The notes under the pieces were generated by a model. That model ran no database searches and was not told the DNA's origin. It worked only from the letters and a program-made list of their open reading frames with translations. A DNA stretch of 62,038 bases from Gemmatimonadota bacterium (GTDB lineage: Bacteria; Gemmatimonadota; Gemmatimonadetes; Gemmatimonadales; GWC2-71-9), in the NCBI GenBank assembly GCA_039588295.1, contig JBDHAB010000012.1, positions 1 through 62,038 on the forward strand, read 5' to 3'. This document shows positions 9,797-19,964 of the stretch, piece after piece (positions within the stretch are counted from its first letter, which is position 1; every line of letters starts with the position of its first letter). The translations under genes and the position numbers were made by a program.

Positions 9797-11992
9797 ATGC
9801 CCTCGGTACCGCGGCGCAGGCGACCACGCGTGCCCTACTGGGTTCGCTTCTCGCTGACCGTCCTCTCGCTGGGCGCCTTCACGTCGGCCTTCGTGCTCGT
9901 GGTGCTGCCACAGCGATTCGTACTCCAGGCCGGGCTCGTGGAATCCGGCATCACGTTTCCCACAACGCTGCCGCCGTTCCTCACACCGGCCCGCGCGCCG
10001 GTCATTCGGCCTCGCATCCCGCCGCCACCGCCCATCCAACCGGGTCCGGCCGAGCGGTTTTGGCATGCCATCCTCCCGCTCCTGCGCGCCGGCCAACTCG
10101 ACGCGGCGGTGCCCCGGTTTCGTGCGTACCTCGCCGTGCACCCTGGCGATCGGGATATCTGGCGCGAGTTCGCCGTGGTACTCACCCGTCTTGGCCAGTA
10201 CGACGAGGCGGAAGCGATCTACCTGCGTCTGCTCGCCACCTCGGACGATCCCCGGCTCACGCTGCAACTCGCACGCTTACTGCGCGATCGCGGTGAGCGC
10301 GAGCGGTCGCTCGCGCTGTATCGGCAGCTGGTGGCCGCACAACCCGCCGACGCGACGCTCGCGCGTGAATTCGCGCAGGTGCTGACGTGGGCAGAAGCAT
10401 ACGGGGCAGCCGCCGACGTGTACCGGCAACTGCTCGCCCGTGATCCCGCCGACCACGGGCTGCGGCTGGACCTTGCACGGGTGCTGTATTGGGGCGGGCA
10501 GCGTACGGACGCGCTGCGGGTGCTGTGGGCGATCCCGGCGGACGCCGCGGAGGCGACGGCGGCGGGCGACCTGCGGGCGGTGCTGGAGCGTGAGCTCGCG
10601 CCACCCCCGACGACGGCCGATACGCTCCTCGAACAAGCACGACGAGCCGTCGTTGCCCAGAACCTCGACGGCGCCACACGGCTGTACGAACGACTCCTCG
10701 AACGCGACCCCGACGATCCTGCCCTGTGGCTGGAATGGGCTGATTTCCTGCAATACCAGAAGCAGGACCTGCCGGCTGCCCGGGATGCATTGACGCATCT
10801 CGGTGGGATGCGAAGTCTCACGTGGGCCGAGCGGTTTCGGCTGGCACAACTTCACGCGTGGACCGGTGAAGAACAGCAGGCCAAGTCGATGCTCCTGGGG
10901 CTCCTGGAGGAGGATTCGACACAGGCCGAGGCGTGGGCGCTGCTGGGCAACCTCTACCGCTTCGAGAACGCGAGGATCGATGCGCAGCGCGCGTATCGGA
11001 ACGCGTTGGAGCTGGATCCGCGGAGTATTCAGGCACTCGAGGGGCAGCGAGGACTCGAGCGACAGACCGCGCAGGTGATCGCGACCCGTGAACGACCGAG
11101 CGCCGGTCCCGAACTGTTCTACTTCCGCGACTCGGACGAGTACCGCCGCTTCGACATCGGCGCGCGGGCGACGTTCCTGTGGGGAGCCACGGCCGTGGTG
11201 GCTCGAGCGGGGTACCGCACGTTAGAGGGTGTCGCCCTTGCGGGGGCACCCGGCAGTGAGGAAGGACCGTTCTTCCACGTCGAGCTGGCGCGTTGGTGGC
11301 GGCTGGGGACGGTACGCACGTCGGTGTCGGCGGGCGTGGAGCATTTGGACGCCTTCGGGACCGAGCCCACCCTCGGTGTCAGGCTCGTGATTCCCGATGC
11401 AGGTGGGGCCGCCGTGGCACTGGCGTACGATCACGGGCCGGCGTTCCATCGGACCGTGACGCTTGAGAGCATCTTGGGTGTCGTGCGCTCCGACCACCTG
11501 CAGGCGTCCGTGTTCCGACCGCTTGGTCGTGGCTGGAGCCTCGCGGGTCTCGGTGCGGCGACGTCACTGCGGGGCGGCGGTACGAACAACTGGCGGTTCA
11601 ATGGATTCGTCACGCTGCGGCGCCAGGTATTGGCTCCGCTCAGCGTGGCCCTGACGTCGCAGTTCCTTGCGTTCTCCTCCGCTGCGCCGGTGCTCGACAC
11701 CCGGCGGCTCTACTGGGATCCCAAAGCCTTCTGGTCGGGCGGCGTCCAACTGGAAGCCCGTACTCGCCCGGCGAGCGCATGGCAGCTCTACGGACGCCTT
11801 ACGCCGGGAGTCGGTTTGGTGCGGGAGCGGATTGTGGGGGGACTCGACCTGGTCCCGCAGCTCGCTACGGAGGCCGGTGTGGGGTACGAGTCTCCCCGCA
11901 TCGTATTTGCGGGCGGGCTTGCCTACCTCCGTGGTCGAGAAGGCGAATACAACTCCTTTGGGGCGAACGTGAGCCTGGCGGTCCGGTACTAG
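9797..11992 (+). CDS. TPR + C-terminal beta-barrel polysaccharide export protein (PgaA/BcsC-like)
   Basis: N-terminal hydrophobic helix, Pro-rich linker, multiple TPRs, amphipathic beta-strands ending VSLAVRY; YWDP motif. Confidence 0.75.
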   Translation: MPSVPRRRRPRVPYWVRFSLTVLSLGAFTSAFVLVVLPQRFVLQAGLVESGITFPTTLPPFLTPARAPVIRPRIPPPPPIQPGPAERFWHAILPLLRAGQLDAAVPRFRAYLAVHPGDRDIWREFAVVLTRLGQYDEAEAIYLRLLATSDDPRLTLQLARLLRDRGERERSLALYRQLVAAQPADATLAREFAQVLTWAEAYGAAADVYRQLLARDPADHGLRLDLARVLYWGGQRTDALRVLWAIPADAAEATAAGDLRAVLERELAPPPTTADTLLEQARRAVVAQNLDGATRLYERLLERDPDDPALWLEWADFLQYQKQDLPAARDALTHLGGMRSLTWAERFRLAQLHAWTGEEQQAKSMLLGLLEEDSTQAEAWALLGNLYRFENARIDAQRAYRNALELDPRSIQALEGQRGLERQTAQVIATRERPSAGPELFYFRDSDEYRRFDIGARATFLWGATAVVARAGYRTLEGVALAGAPGSEEGPFFHVELARWWRLGTVRTSVSAGVEHLDAFGTEPTLGVRLVIPDAGGAAVALAYDHGPAFHRTVTLESILGVVRSDHLQASVFRPLGRGWSLAGLGAATSLRGGGTNNWRFNGFVTLRRQVLAPLSVALTSQFLAFSSAAPVLDTRRLYWDPKAFWSGGVQLEARTRPASAWQLYGRLTPGVGLVRERIVGGLDLVPQLATEAGVGYESPRIVFAGGLAYLRGREGEYNSFGANVSLAVRY

Positions 11993-11993
11993 G

Positions 11994-13334
11994 ATGGCGT
12001 CCCGAGCTCGCACGTTCGCGTCGATCCTGATCATCGTCGGCGTCGTGGGGGGGACCGTCTGGTTCACCATTTGGGCGCTGAGTTCCCCGCTCAGCGTCCA
12101 GCGGTTTCTCGTACGCCTCGTGTTGATCAGTCTGATCATGTTCCTGGCCATTCTGTTCGCTCGCTACTTCTCGCTTCTGTGGTTCGCGTTTCTCCAGCTT
12201 CTCGAGAAGACGATGCGGCCGCGCCGGGCGGGGGCACCGTTGCCACCGGTCTCGGTGATCGTACCCGCATACAACGAAGGCACGGTGCTGGAGTCGGCCA
12301 TCGATGCGTTGCTGCGGATCGACTACCCCACGTTCGAGGTGATCATCGTCGATGACGGTTCCACTGATGACACCCTGGCGATCGCCCGACGGTTGGAAGG
12401 TCGACATGCGAGTATCGAGGTCCGTGTCTTCACAAAGGCCAACGGCGGAAAAGCGACGGCGTTGAACACCGGGATTGCCCAAGCCCGTTTTGGCTTCGTG
12501 CTGTGCATGGATGCCGACTCGGCGATCGCACCGGACAGCCTCCGTGAGGCCATGCCTCACTTCCGCGATCAGGCGGTCGGGGCCGTCGCGGGAAACGTCA
12601 AGGTCGTCAATCGGGAGAACTGGCTCACGCGACTGCAGGCGCTCGAATACATTGAGGGCCTGAACATGCCGCGCCGCGCCCAGGGCTTCATTGCGGCCGT
12701 CAACATCGTCCCCGGTCCGGTGGGACTGTTCCGCGTCGAGGCGTTGCAGGAGGTCGGTGGGTACGACAACGATACGTTCGCCGAGGATGCCGATCTGACC
12801 CTCAAGTTGATCAGCGCGGGGTGGAAGATCGTGTACGAGGAGAACGCGGTCGCCTGGACGCAGGCACCGACGCGGGTCCTGGATCTCGTGCAGCAACGCT
12901 ATCGCTGGACCCGGGGTATCCTGCAGGCGGTTCGCAAGCGGAAGTGGATACTGCTGAAGCCGTTTCCCGACTTCCCGCTGTGGCTCTCCGGCATGGAGAT
13001 GGCGTTCGAGGGCATTCTCTGGCCCGTGCTCAATGTCTACGGTCATCTCTTCTTCGCGCTCGTGGCAATGTTGTACGGCGTGGGAGAGCTCCTGCTCTAT
13101 TGGTGGATTCTGCTGACGCTGCTCGATCTGGTGGCCGCACTGGTAACGGTGTCGATGGAAGAGGAATCGCTGTCACTCGTTCCACTGGCCATCGTGTATC
13201 GGTTCTTCTTCATCCTGTTCCTTGACGTCACCAAGACGTTTGCCGCGGTCGAAGAAGTGTTTAGACTCGGTATGGAGTGGGGCAAGCTCCGTCGGATTGC
13301 CTATAGTGAGGAGGGCGGAGCCAGTGCGTCGTAG
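11994..13334 (+). CDS. Processive GT2 glycosyltransferase (PgaC/IcaA-like synthase)
   Basis: VPAYNE, DDGSTD, NGGKA, DADS, AEDADL and QRYRW motifs; N- and C-terminal TM helices; no PilZ domain. Confidence 0.9.
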   Translation: MASRARTFASILIIVGVVGGTVWFTIWALSSPLSVQRFLVRLVLISLIMFLAILFARYFSLLWFAFLQLLEKTMRPRRAGAPLPPVSVIVPAYNEGTVLESAIDALLRIDYPTFEVIIVDDGSTDDTLAIARRLEGRHASIEVRVFTKANGGKATALNTGIAQARFGFVLCMDADSAIAPDSLREAMPHFRDQAVGAVAGNVKVVNRENWLTRLQALEYIEGLNMPRRAQGFIAAVNIVPGPVGLFRVEALQEVGGYDNDTFAEDADLTLKLISAGWKIVYEENAVAWTQAPTRVLDLVQQRYRWTRGILQAVRKRKWILLKPFPDFPLWLSGMEMAFEGILWPVLNVYGHLFFALVAMLYGVGELLLYWWILLTLLDLVAALVTVSMEEESLSLVPLAIVYRFFFILFLDVTKTFAAVEEVFRLGMEWGKLRRIAYSEEGGASAS

Positions 13335-13361
13335 TCCACGGCCACGCTGAGGTGAATCTGC

Positions 13362-13568
13362 ATGGGTGTCATTGATCTGCTGGTCACCATCATCGTCGTC
13401 ACGATTCTCGTGACGATCGCCCTTGGCGTGATGACCTATATCGCGTACAAGCTGCGGCTGTCGCGCCGCCCGGCTTCGGCCGACGAAGACGACACGGGCC
13501 CACGCTACTTCGTGGCCCACGAGCCGCCCGGTGCCGAGCCGCCACCGAGCGAGGACCATGTCCCCTAA
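13362..13568 (+). CDS. 68-aa single-TM protein in EPS operon
   Basis: GAGGTG RBS; one long hydrophobic helix then YKLR; overlaps start of next gene. Confidence 0.7.
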   Translation: MGVIDLLVTIIVVTILVTIALGVMTYIAYKLRLSRRPASADEDDTGPRYFVAHEPPGAEPPPSEDHVP

Positions 13569-15426
13569 GCGCGACCCGGTTCCCCGCGCGCGGTCCGCAC
13601 TCTCGTGGCTGCGGGGCTTCCTGTTGTTGGGTGTGCTCGCTGCCGGCGTGATCGCCGCCGGGGTGAAGCTGTGGCAGGACATCGACATCCAACGGCTCAC
13701 CCGAAGCGCGACACTGGCCGAACCCGTCACCATCCCTGACGCGCTGCCGCCGGCCAGCCCCGCCGTCGCGACTCGACCGTACCGAACGGCACTGTTCTAC
13801 TCCCACGCCAGCGCCCGCTACTTTCCCGACTCGGCATACTACTCGAACCACTTGGATCGCTGGGAAGGGCTCCTCGCGGAAACGGGTGCCAGCGTGTCCC
13901 GGGTCTCCAGCGCCGCCGAGGTAACTGCGCTCGACCCCCGCGACGTGATCGTCGTCCCGGCCGCCGTCTGTCTGAACCCCGGGGAGGTGGACGTCCTGCG
14001 GGCGCACGCAGACCGCGGGGGCGGACTCGTCTTGACGTGGGCAGTGGGAGCGCGCGATGACGCCTGTGAATGGCGCGGGTGGGATGCCGTGGCCATGCTC
14101 ACCGGGAGCGGCGACGTGCGTGAGGTCGAGCAGCGGAGTGGACTCTATCTCACGATCCCCGCCGATCTCCCACTTTCCCCCGGCTTCGACCCCGGAACCC
14201 GAATCGAGCTCCGGTCGGAATCGCAGCTCGCTGGCGAAACGCGTGGGGCCCGGGTGTATTGGTCCGACTGGGCGCTCAATGTCGCCCCGGTGGAGGACGC
14301 GGACTGGATCAACGCCGCTGCGTTGACCAGCGTGACCGACGCGGGCGGACGCGTGGTCTGGTTCGGATTCCGGCTCGGCCAGGGCGCTCGTCCCCAAGAC
14401 GAACAGCGCCTCGAGGGACTCGTCCGCAACGGTGTGCGGTGGGCCGCGCGCGTGCCGACGGTGGAAATCCTTCCCTGGCGGGGCGGTGCTCGGGCCGCGC
14501 TGCTGATTGCGCAGGATGTCGAGTCCGAGTTCCCCAACGCCGCGGCCCTTGCGGCGATCGCAAGGCGGAAGTCGGTACCGGTCACCTTCTTCGTCGTCTC
14601 GCGGCTCGCGCTCGACTATCCGCACCTCGCCGACACGCTGGTCACGGTTGGTGAGGTCGGCAGTCAGACGTCGGACCATATGGTGCTGTCCGGCCTGACG
14701 TTTGCCGATCAGCGCGCCCGATTGAGCCGCAGCTGGGCCGAGGTGCGTGGCTGGACCGGAGACTCGGCGCACGGGCTCCATCCGCCGGAGGAGCGGTTCG
14801 ACGGAAACACGTTGCGGGCCTGGCGACAGGTCGGTGGGTCGTATCTCGTGGCAGTGAACGAAGCACGCACCGGCAGCCCGGAGGTACTGGAGACCTCTGA
14901 AGGCGAGGTTGTGCTGCTGCCGCGGATCATCAAGGACGACTACAACGTCTTCGTGCAGGAAAGCGCGCTGCGATCCCGACGCCTCACTGAAGCCTATCTC
15001 GAAGGGATGATCAAGGTGCGGTCACTGGGCGGCCTCGCGATCGTGTCGGTTCGGAGTCAGGTGGGCGGCAATCCCGGACGCGTCGGCGTGATTGGTGAGA
15101 TCGTCGATAGCGCCCGCGCGAACGGCGATTGGTGGCTCGCCTCGGGACGGGAGATTGCGACGTGGTGGGCTGCACGACGACTGACGTCGCTACGCCTCAC
15201 GGCCTCGGGTGAGGACCGGCTGGCGCTCGCGATCACCGCACCGGCCACGTCGTCGTTGGTGGGCGCGTGGGTCCGCGTGTTACTGCCGGACGCGACCGCG
15301 ACGTGGATTCCGACCGTCGGGGGTCGGCCGATCAGCTACGCCGAAACGCCGTTTGGCCTGCGCATTCCCGTGTCCGATCTCGCTCCAGGCGAGCGGGTCG
15401 TGGTCGTGTTGCGCAGGGAGGGCTGA
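13558..15426 (+). CDS. Membrane-anchored polysaccharide deacetylase (CE4/NodB-like) with N-terminal GATase-like domain
   Basis: TM anchor; AQDVE, VTFFVV, EVGSQTSDH, GLHPPEE and WWLASGREIATWW NodB-type motifs. Confidence 0.75.
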   Translation: MSPKRDPVPRARSALSWLRGFLLLGVLAAGVIAAGVKLWQDIDIQRLTRSATLAEPVTIPDALPPASPAVATRPYRTALFYSHASARYFPDSAYYSNHLDRWEGLLAETGASVSRVSSAAEVTALDPRDVIVVPAAVCLNPGEVDVLRAHADRGGGLVLTWAVGARDDACEWRGWDAVAMLTGSGDVREVEQRSGLYLTIPADLPLSPGFDPGTRIELRSESQLAGETRGARVYWSDWALNVAPVEDADWINAAALTSVTDAGGRVVWFGFRLGQGARPQDEQRLEGLVRNGVRWAARVPTVEILPWRGGARAALLIAQDVESEFPNAAALAAIARRKSVPVTFFVVSRLALDYPHLADTLVTVGEVGSQTSDHMVLSGLTFADQRARLSRSWAEVRGWTGDSAHGLHPPEERFDGNTLRAWRQVGGSYLVAVNEARTGSPEVLETSEGEVVLLPRIIKDDYNVFVQESALRSRRLTEAYLEGMIKVRSLGGLAIVSVRSQVGGNPGRVGVIGEIVDSARANGDWWLASGREIATWWAARRLTSLRLTASGEDRLALAITAPATSSLVGAWVRVLLPDATATWIPTVGGRPISYAETPFGLRIPVSDLAPGERVVVVLRREG

Positions 15427-15446
15427 ACGATCCTGGCACGACGCGG

Positions 15447-16681
15447 TCAATCGCGATACAGCCGCTTCACTACCGGTCCCAATGACAGTCCCTGCACGAT
15501 GATCGAGAATGCCACGACCACGTAGGTGATCGCCACGATCACCTGCTTCTCCGGCCCGCTCGGTAAGGAAAGCGCGAGCGCGACCGAGATTCCTCCGCGC
15601 AGCCCGCCCCAGGTCAAGATCTTGACGGCGTGCGGGCTGAAGCCCCGAAGGCGACGGAGCAGGGCTATGGGAGTCGCCACCGCAAGCCAGCGCGCGCCGA
15701 GAACGATCACGATGCACGCGGCGCCGGCGACGAACGTCTCGAGCCCGAATGTTACGACCAACAGCTCGAACCCGATCAACATGAACAGCAGCGCGTTCAT
15801 GAGGTCGTCTACGAGTTCCCAAAACAAGTCGAGTCGCTCGCGGGTCGTGGATGACATGGCGAACATCCGTCCGGGTTGCCGATCAGGATGCCCGCTACCA
15901 CCATGGCCAGCGCGCCGGACAGATGCAGCGTGAGCGCGAGGGCATAGCCACCGGTTACCACGGCGAGGGTGATGAGGATCTCCACCTCGTGCTGGTCGAC
16001 GCGCCGGAGCATGTGATAGGCGAGCCAGCCCACCACGAACCCGAATGCCAGCCCCCCCACGACCTCCTGCAGCACGATGCGCCCCAGCTCGCCGGCGGTG
16101 AACTCACCGTGCCCTCCGACGAACGGCAACAACAGCGTGAACATGACGACGCCGACGCCGTCGTTGAAGAGCGACTCACCGGCGATCTTCATCTCAATCG
16201 ACTTTGGCACCGCGACTCGCTTGAGGATCCCTAGCACCGCCACCGGATCGGTCGGGGAGATGAGCGCCCCGAAAATCAAGCAGTACCAGAAATCGACGGT
16301 GATGCCCAGGGTTCGAAACAGGAAGTACGAGAGCGTCCCGACGATCGCGGTCGACGTGAGTACGCCGAACGTGGCCAACAGACCGATGACGCGGCGCTGC
16401 GATACGAGGTCGTCGAGGTTGACGTGCATCGCGCCGGCGAAGAGCAACGCGCCCAGCATGCCGTGGAGCAGCGTTCGGTCGAAGTCGATGGTATGGATCG
16501 TCCGCGCCAGTTCCGCGCCACCCCCGATCCCCAGCTTGCCGACGGCGATGAGTCCAAGCGAGAACACCAGGGCGATCACCATGATGCCGATCGTCGTGGG
16601 AAGCCGCAGAAATCGATGATTGAGCCAGGCGAATACCGCGGCGAACGTGATCAGGACGGCGAGCAGGTTGAAGATGTCCAT
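15447..16681 (-). pseudogene. CPA1 Na+/H+ antiporter (NhaP-like), frameshifted
   Basis: LLFAGA, ISPTDPVAV, GESLFNDG and WGGLRGGISVALALSLP motifs split over two frames; one extra C near 15873-15875 restores GNPGRMFAMS. Confidence 0.85.
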
Positions 16682-16794
16682 TGGCGTCCTCCGGGACCCC
16701 TGGCAGCGGTTGGCGGACGAAGTTGGCACCGCGGGACGACGAGGACAACTGGGAGTGAGCGGCAGGTTCCGACCGGAAGCCGTAGATTGAAAAG

Positions 16795-18198
16795 GTGAGG
16801 ATCGACGCCGCCTGCCGCACACGCGCTGTGCTCGCACTGGGCCTACTCGTCACGGGCTGCACGAGCGCGAGGGTGCCACCGGAGGTTGCTCAACCGGAGG
16901 CGGCGGACCCCTGTCTCGTCCTGACGGGTGCGGGATCGCCTCGTGATACGCTGCGCGTCGCCCTCGCCGACTACGTGAGCGCCCGCCATGCGCCCGTCGC
17001 GCACACAGAGGCCGAACGCTTCCTCTTCCGCCAGATCTACGAGACGCTGGTTCGAGTGGACTGCGAAGGGACCATCCGACCCGCGCTCGCTCGCGCTTGG
17101 CGCTCGGCCGATGGCGGAAGACGCTGGATCTTCACGCTGCGGGACGGCGCGCGGTTCTGGGACGGGACGCCAGTCACCGCTCGGGAGATCGTCGCGGGCT
17201 GGCGTGACCACGGCGTGATCGACGCCACATGGGACGGCGTCGCCGTTCGCGACGCGCGAACGATCGATCTCGCGTTCACCGAGCCGCATGATGCCGCGGC
17301 GTTCGCGTCACCCACGTTCGCCATCGTCAAGCGCATCGCGGAGTCCGCGTGGCCGCTTGGCACGGGGGTACTGTGGATCAGGGATACGGGCAGTGGCGTC
17401 ACGGGCATCGTTCGTGCGAGCCCCGTACCGTGGACGACCGGAGCGCCCCTCCTGGAGCTCCACGCGGCCCCGGGGGCCGACGGCCGCGATCTCCTCGATC
17501 AGGGCGCCGACCTCATGGTGACGCGCGAGCCCGCGGTACGGAGCTACGCAACGGCGAACCCAGAGTTCCTCGCGGTGCCGCTCCCGTGGGAGCGCGTGTA
17601 CGTGCTAGTGTCGCCGTCTCGGGTCCGGGCCGGTGTCACGGGTCAGTTCGCTCGCGTGATTCGACAGGAGATGGCGGGCGAAGCGGTCCGGGCTGATGCG
17701 CGCGCTGCAGCGCCGCCGTACTGGTGGGAGCAGCTCGGACGCTGCCAGTTGCCCGCCGCCGAACGCGTGCCCCCGGCCTCGCGGTCGGAGCGGGTCGTGT
17801 ACGAGCGGGACGATCCCGTGGCGCGCGACCTCGCTGAACGGCTCGTTGCAGTGGCCGGCACCGTCGACGCCGGCGTGGTGCCCGGATTCGCGCAATCGGA
17901 GGCTGTGGCCGTCGGACTGACGACGGCCTCTTTTGCGACCGCCCTCCGCGCGGGCGGTGACCTCGCCTATGTCCTTTCGCTGCCGACCACGGCCTTCCTT
18001 CCGTGTCGGCAGGCACGGGACGTGCGCCGTCGGATGCCGTGGATCGCCCCACTCGGTGACTGGGGACTTGGTCGGTCCCTTCTGCCCGTGGTCGAGACGC
18101 GGGCGTACCTGCTCGTGCGTCGCGGCGTCGCGAACCTGACGGTCGACGGCGACGGTGGCGTCCGTGTCATGGCCCAGCCGGCGCCCGCGTCACGATGA
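16795..18198 (+). CDS. ABC-type solute-binding protein family 5-like lipoprotein
   Basis: Lipobox VTGC; QIYETLV..PALA..W..FTLRDGARFWDGTPVTA signature; no permease nearby. Confidence 0.8.
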   Translation: MRIDAACRTRAVLALGLLVTGCTSARVPPEVAQPEAADPCLVLTGAGSPRDTLRVALADYVSARHAPVAHTEAERFLFRQIYETLVRVDCEGTIRPALARAWRSADGGRRWIFTLRDGARFWDGTPVTAREIVAGWRDHGVIDATWDGVAVRDARTIDLAFTEPHDAAAFASPTFAIVKRIAESAWPLGTGVLWIRDTGSGVTGIVRASPVPWTTGAPLLELHAAPGADGRDLLDQGADLMVTREPAVRSYATANPEFLAVPLPWERVYVLVSPSRVRAGVTGQFARVIRQEMAGEAVRADARAAAPPYWWEQLGRCQLPAAERVPPASRSERVVYERDDPVARDLAERLVAVAGTVDAGVVPGFAQSEAVAVGLTTASFATALRAGGDLAYVLSLPTTAFLPCRQARDVRRRMPWIAPLGDWGLGRSLLPVVETRAYLLVRRGVANLTVDGDGGVRVMAQPAPASR

Positions 18199-19964
18199 CA
18201 TTCCGCACGCGGCTCCTCCTCGCGTTCGCGGCGGTCGTGGCGGTCCCGCTCGTCGTACTTGGCTTCGGGGTGCGCCGGGAGATGAGTAACCGGCTCTCCA
18301 CACAGTACGAGGGTCGCGTGGCCTCGCTCGTGGCCATCATCGAGGACGACCTCTCCAACGAGAGCGAAGCGATTGCCGCGCGCCTTGCTGCCCTCCGAGA
18401 GGCGCTTCGCGAGGACAACCGGTTTCGACTTGCAGCCGTGCAGGCGGTTCCGACCGAGCGGCCGTACCTGCTGGATTACGCATCGGATGCGATGCACCTC
18501 GCCGGTCTCTCCATGTTTCAGATCCAGGATGCGGCGGGGCGCATCCTGAGTTCGGGACACTTCCGCAACGAGTACGACCGGCTCGATCCCGAGGTGCCGT
18601 TGCGACTGGCAGTCGTTGGCCCGCGGCCGGCGCTGGTCCGGGCCCGAACTCCCGAAGGTCCGGTGCTCGCATTGGGCCGGCTGGACTCGCTGCAGGTGGG
18701 CGGACACCGGTTTGTACTGGTTGGTGGGGTTACGGTCGACCGGATGTTCCTCACCAGGCTCGTGCGCGACCCGGATCTCACGGTCTCCCTCCTCGCCCCG
18801 CACGCCACCATGTCGTCCGACGAGCGAGTCGTGGATCTGCTGGACTCGCTGCGGGAGGAAGGCGTGGATCGGGCCGCGCTGGAGGACCGGCTACTGGTCG
18901 TGGGTGCGCTCGAGCTCCCATACGTGGATTGGGTTCCGGATTCGGAGCAGCAGGCGAGCGTGCTCCTGACGTACCCGCTCACTTCACTGGAGGAGCTGCG
19001 CCGGAGCGTCGACACGTGGTTCCTGATCGCCATTGCGGCGACGGTCGCCGTGGTCCTGCTCATCGCAGGGTGGATGTCCACGCGCATCAGTCGGCCCATC
19101 CGTGAACTTGCGCGACGCACGGAACAGGTGAACCTCGACCGACTCGATGTCGACTTCGCGAGTGATCGACGCGACGAGGTCGGTGCGCTCACGCGGTTGC
19201 TTGGCCGCATGGTCGAGCGACTGCGCGGCGATACCGTGCGGCTGCGCGAGATCGAACGGCGCGCGACGGTCGGGGAACTGGCTCGCCAGGTGAACCACGA
19301 TGTGAAGAACGGGCTCATGCCGATCCGCAATGTGTTCCGGCATCTCACGGCAGTGGCTCGTGACGAGCCGGCGGCGCTCCCGGGAGTCTTCGTCGAGCGG
19401 CAAGGCACCGTCGAGTCGGGGATCGCCTATCTCGAGCGGCTGGTCACCAATTACGCGCGTCTGTACCCCAGCCTCGAGGTCCAAGCCTGTGACGTCAACA
19501 CCGTGGTTCGCGAGGTGACGGCCGGAGCGCGCCGTTCGGTGGATGTGGAACTCGACCTCCGGATCGGCGAGGGCATTGTGGCGATCAACACCGACCCTCT
19601 CGTGTTGCGGCGGATCTTGGAGAACCTGGTGCGCAACGCCATGGATAGCCTCGAAGGCGTGCCTGGTCGAGTGACGGTGACGGCCGCACCGATGGATGGA
19701 GCGCATCGGGGCGTTCGGATCACGGTTGGCGACACGGGAAAGGGAATGACGCAGGAAGAGTTGGACCATGCGTTCGACGATTTCTACACCACCAAGGCCA
19801 GCGGCACCGGGCTCGGGCTGTCGATCGTGCGACGCCTCGTAGCGGACCTAGGTGGCGCGCTCCGCGTCACGACCGCACCTGGCGAAGGAACCACCTTCAC
19901 GATCGAGCTCACCGAGCTCACGCCGCAGCCGACGACGAATGACCGCAGGGCGGCACGAGCATGA
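18195..19964 (+). CDS. HAMP sensor histidine kinase (NtrY-like)
   Basis: 2 TM + periplasmic domain, [15 protein letters not shown]-box, NLVRNA, DTGKG, FYTTK..GTGLGL. Confidence 0.92.
   Translation: MTFRTRLLLAFAAVVAVPLVVLGFGVRREMSNRLSTQYEGRVASLVAIIEDDLSNESEAIAARLAALREALREDNRFRLAAVQAVPTERPYLLDYASDAMHLAGLSMFQIQDAAGRILSSGHFRNEYDRLDPEVPLRLAVVGPRPALVRARTPEGPVLALGRLDSLQVGGHRFVLVGGVTVDRMFLTRLVRDPDLTVSLLAPHATMSSDERVVDLLDSLREEGVDRAALEDRLLVVGALELPYVDWVPDSEQQASVLLTYPLTSLEELRRSVDTWFLIAIAATVAVVLLIAGWMSTRISRPIRELARRTEQVNLDRLDVDFASDRRDEVGALTRLLGRMVERLRGDTVRLREIERRATVGELARQVNHDVKNGLMPIRNVFRHLTAVARDEPAALPGVFVERQGTVESGIAYLERLVTNYARLYPSLEVQACDVNTVVREVTAGARRSVDVELDLRIGEGIVAINTDPLVLRRILENLVRNAMDSLEGVPGRVTVTAAPMDGAHRGVRITVGDTGKGMTQEELDHAFDDFYTTKASGTGLGLSIVRRLVADLGGALRVTTAPGEGTTFTIELTELTPQPTTNDRRAARA

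Noticed and set aside
11994..13334. Cellulose synthase BcsA
   Set aside because: Too short, no PilZ, no bcsB/bcsZ; motif context closer to PgaC/IcaA
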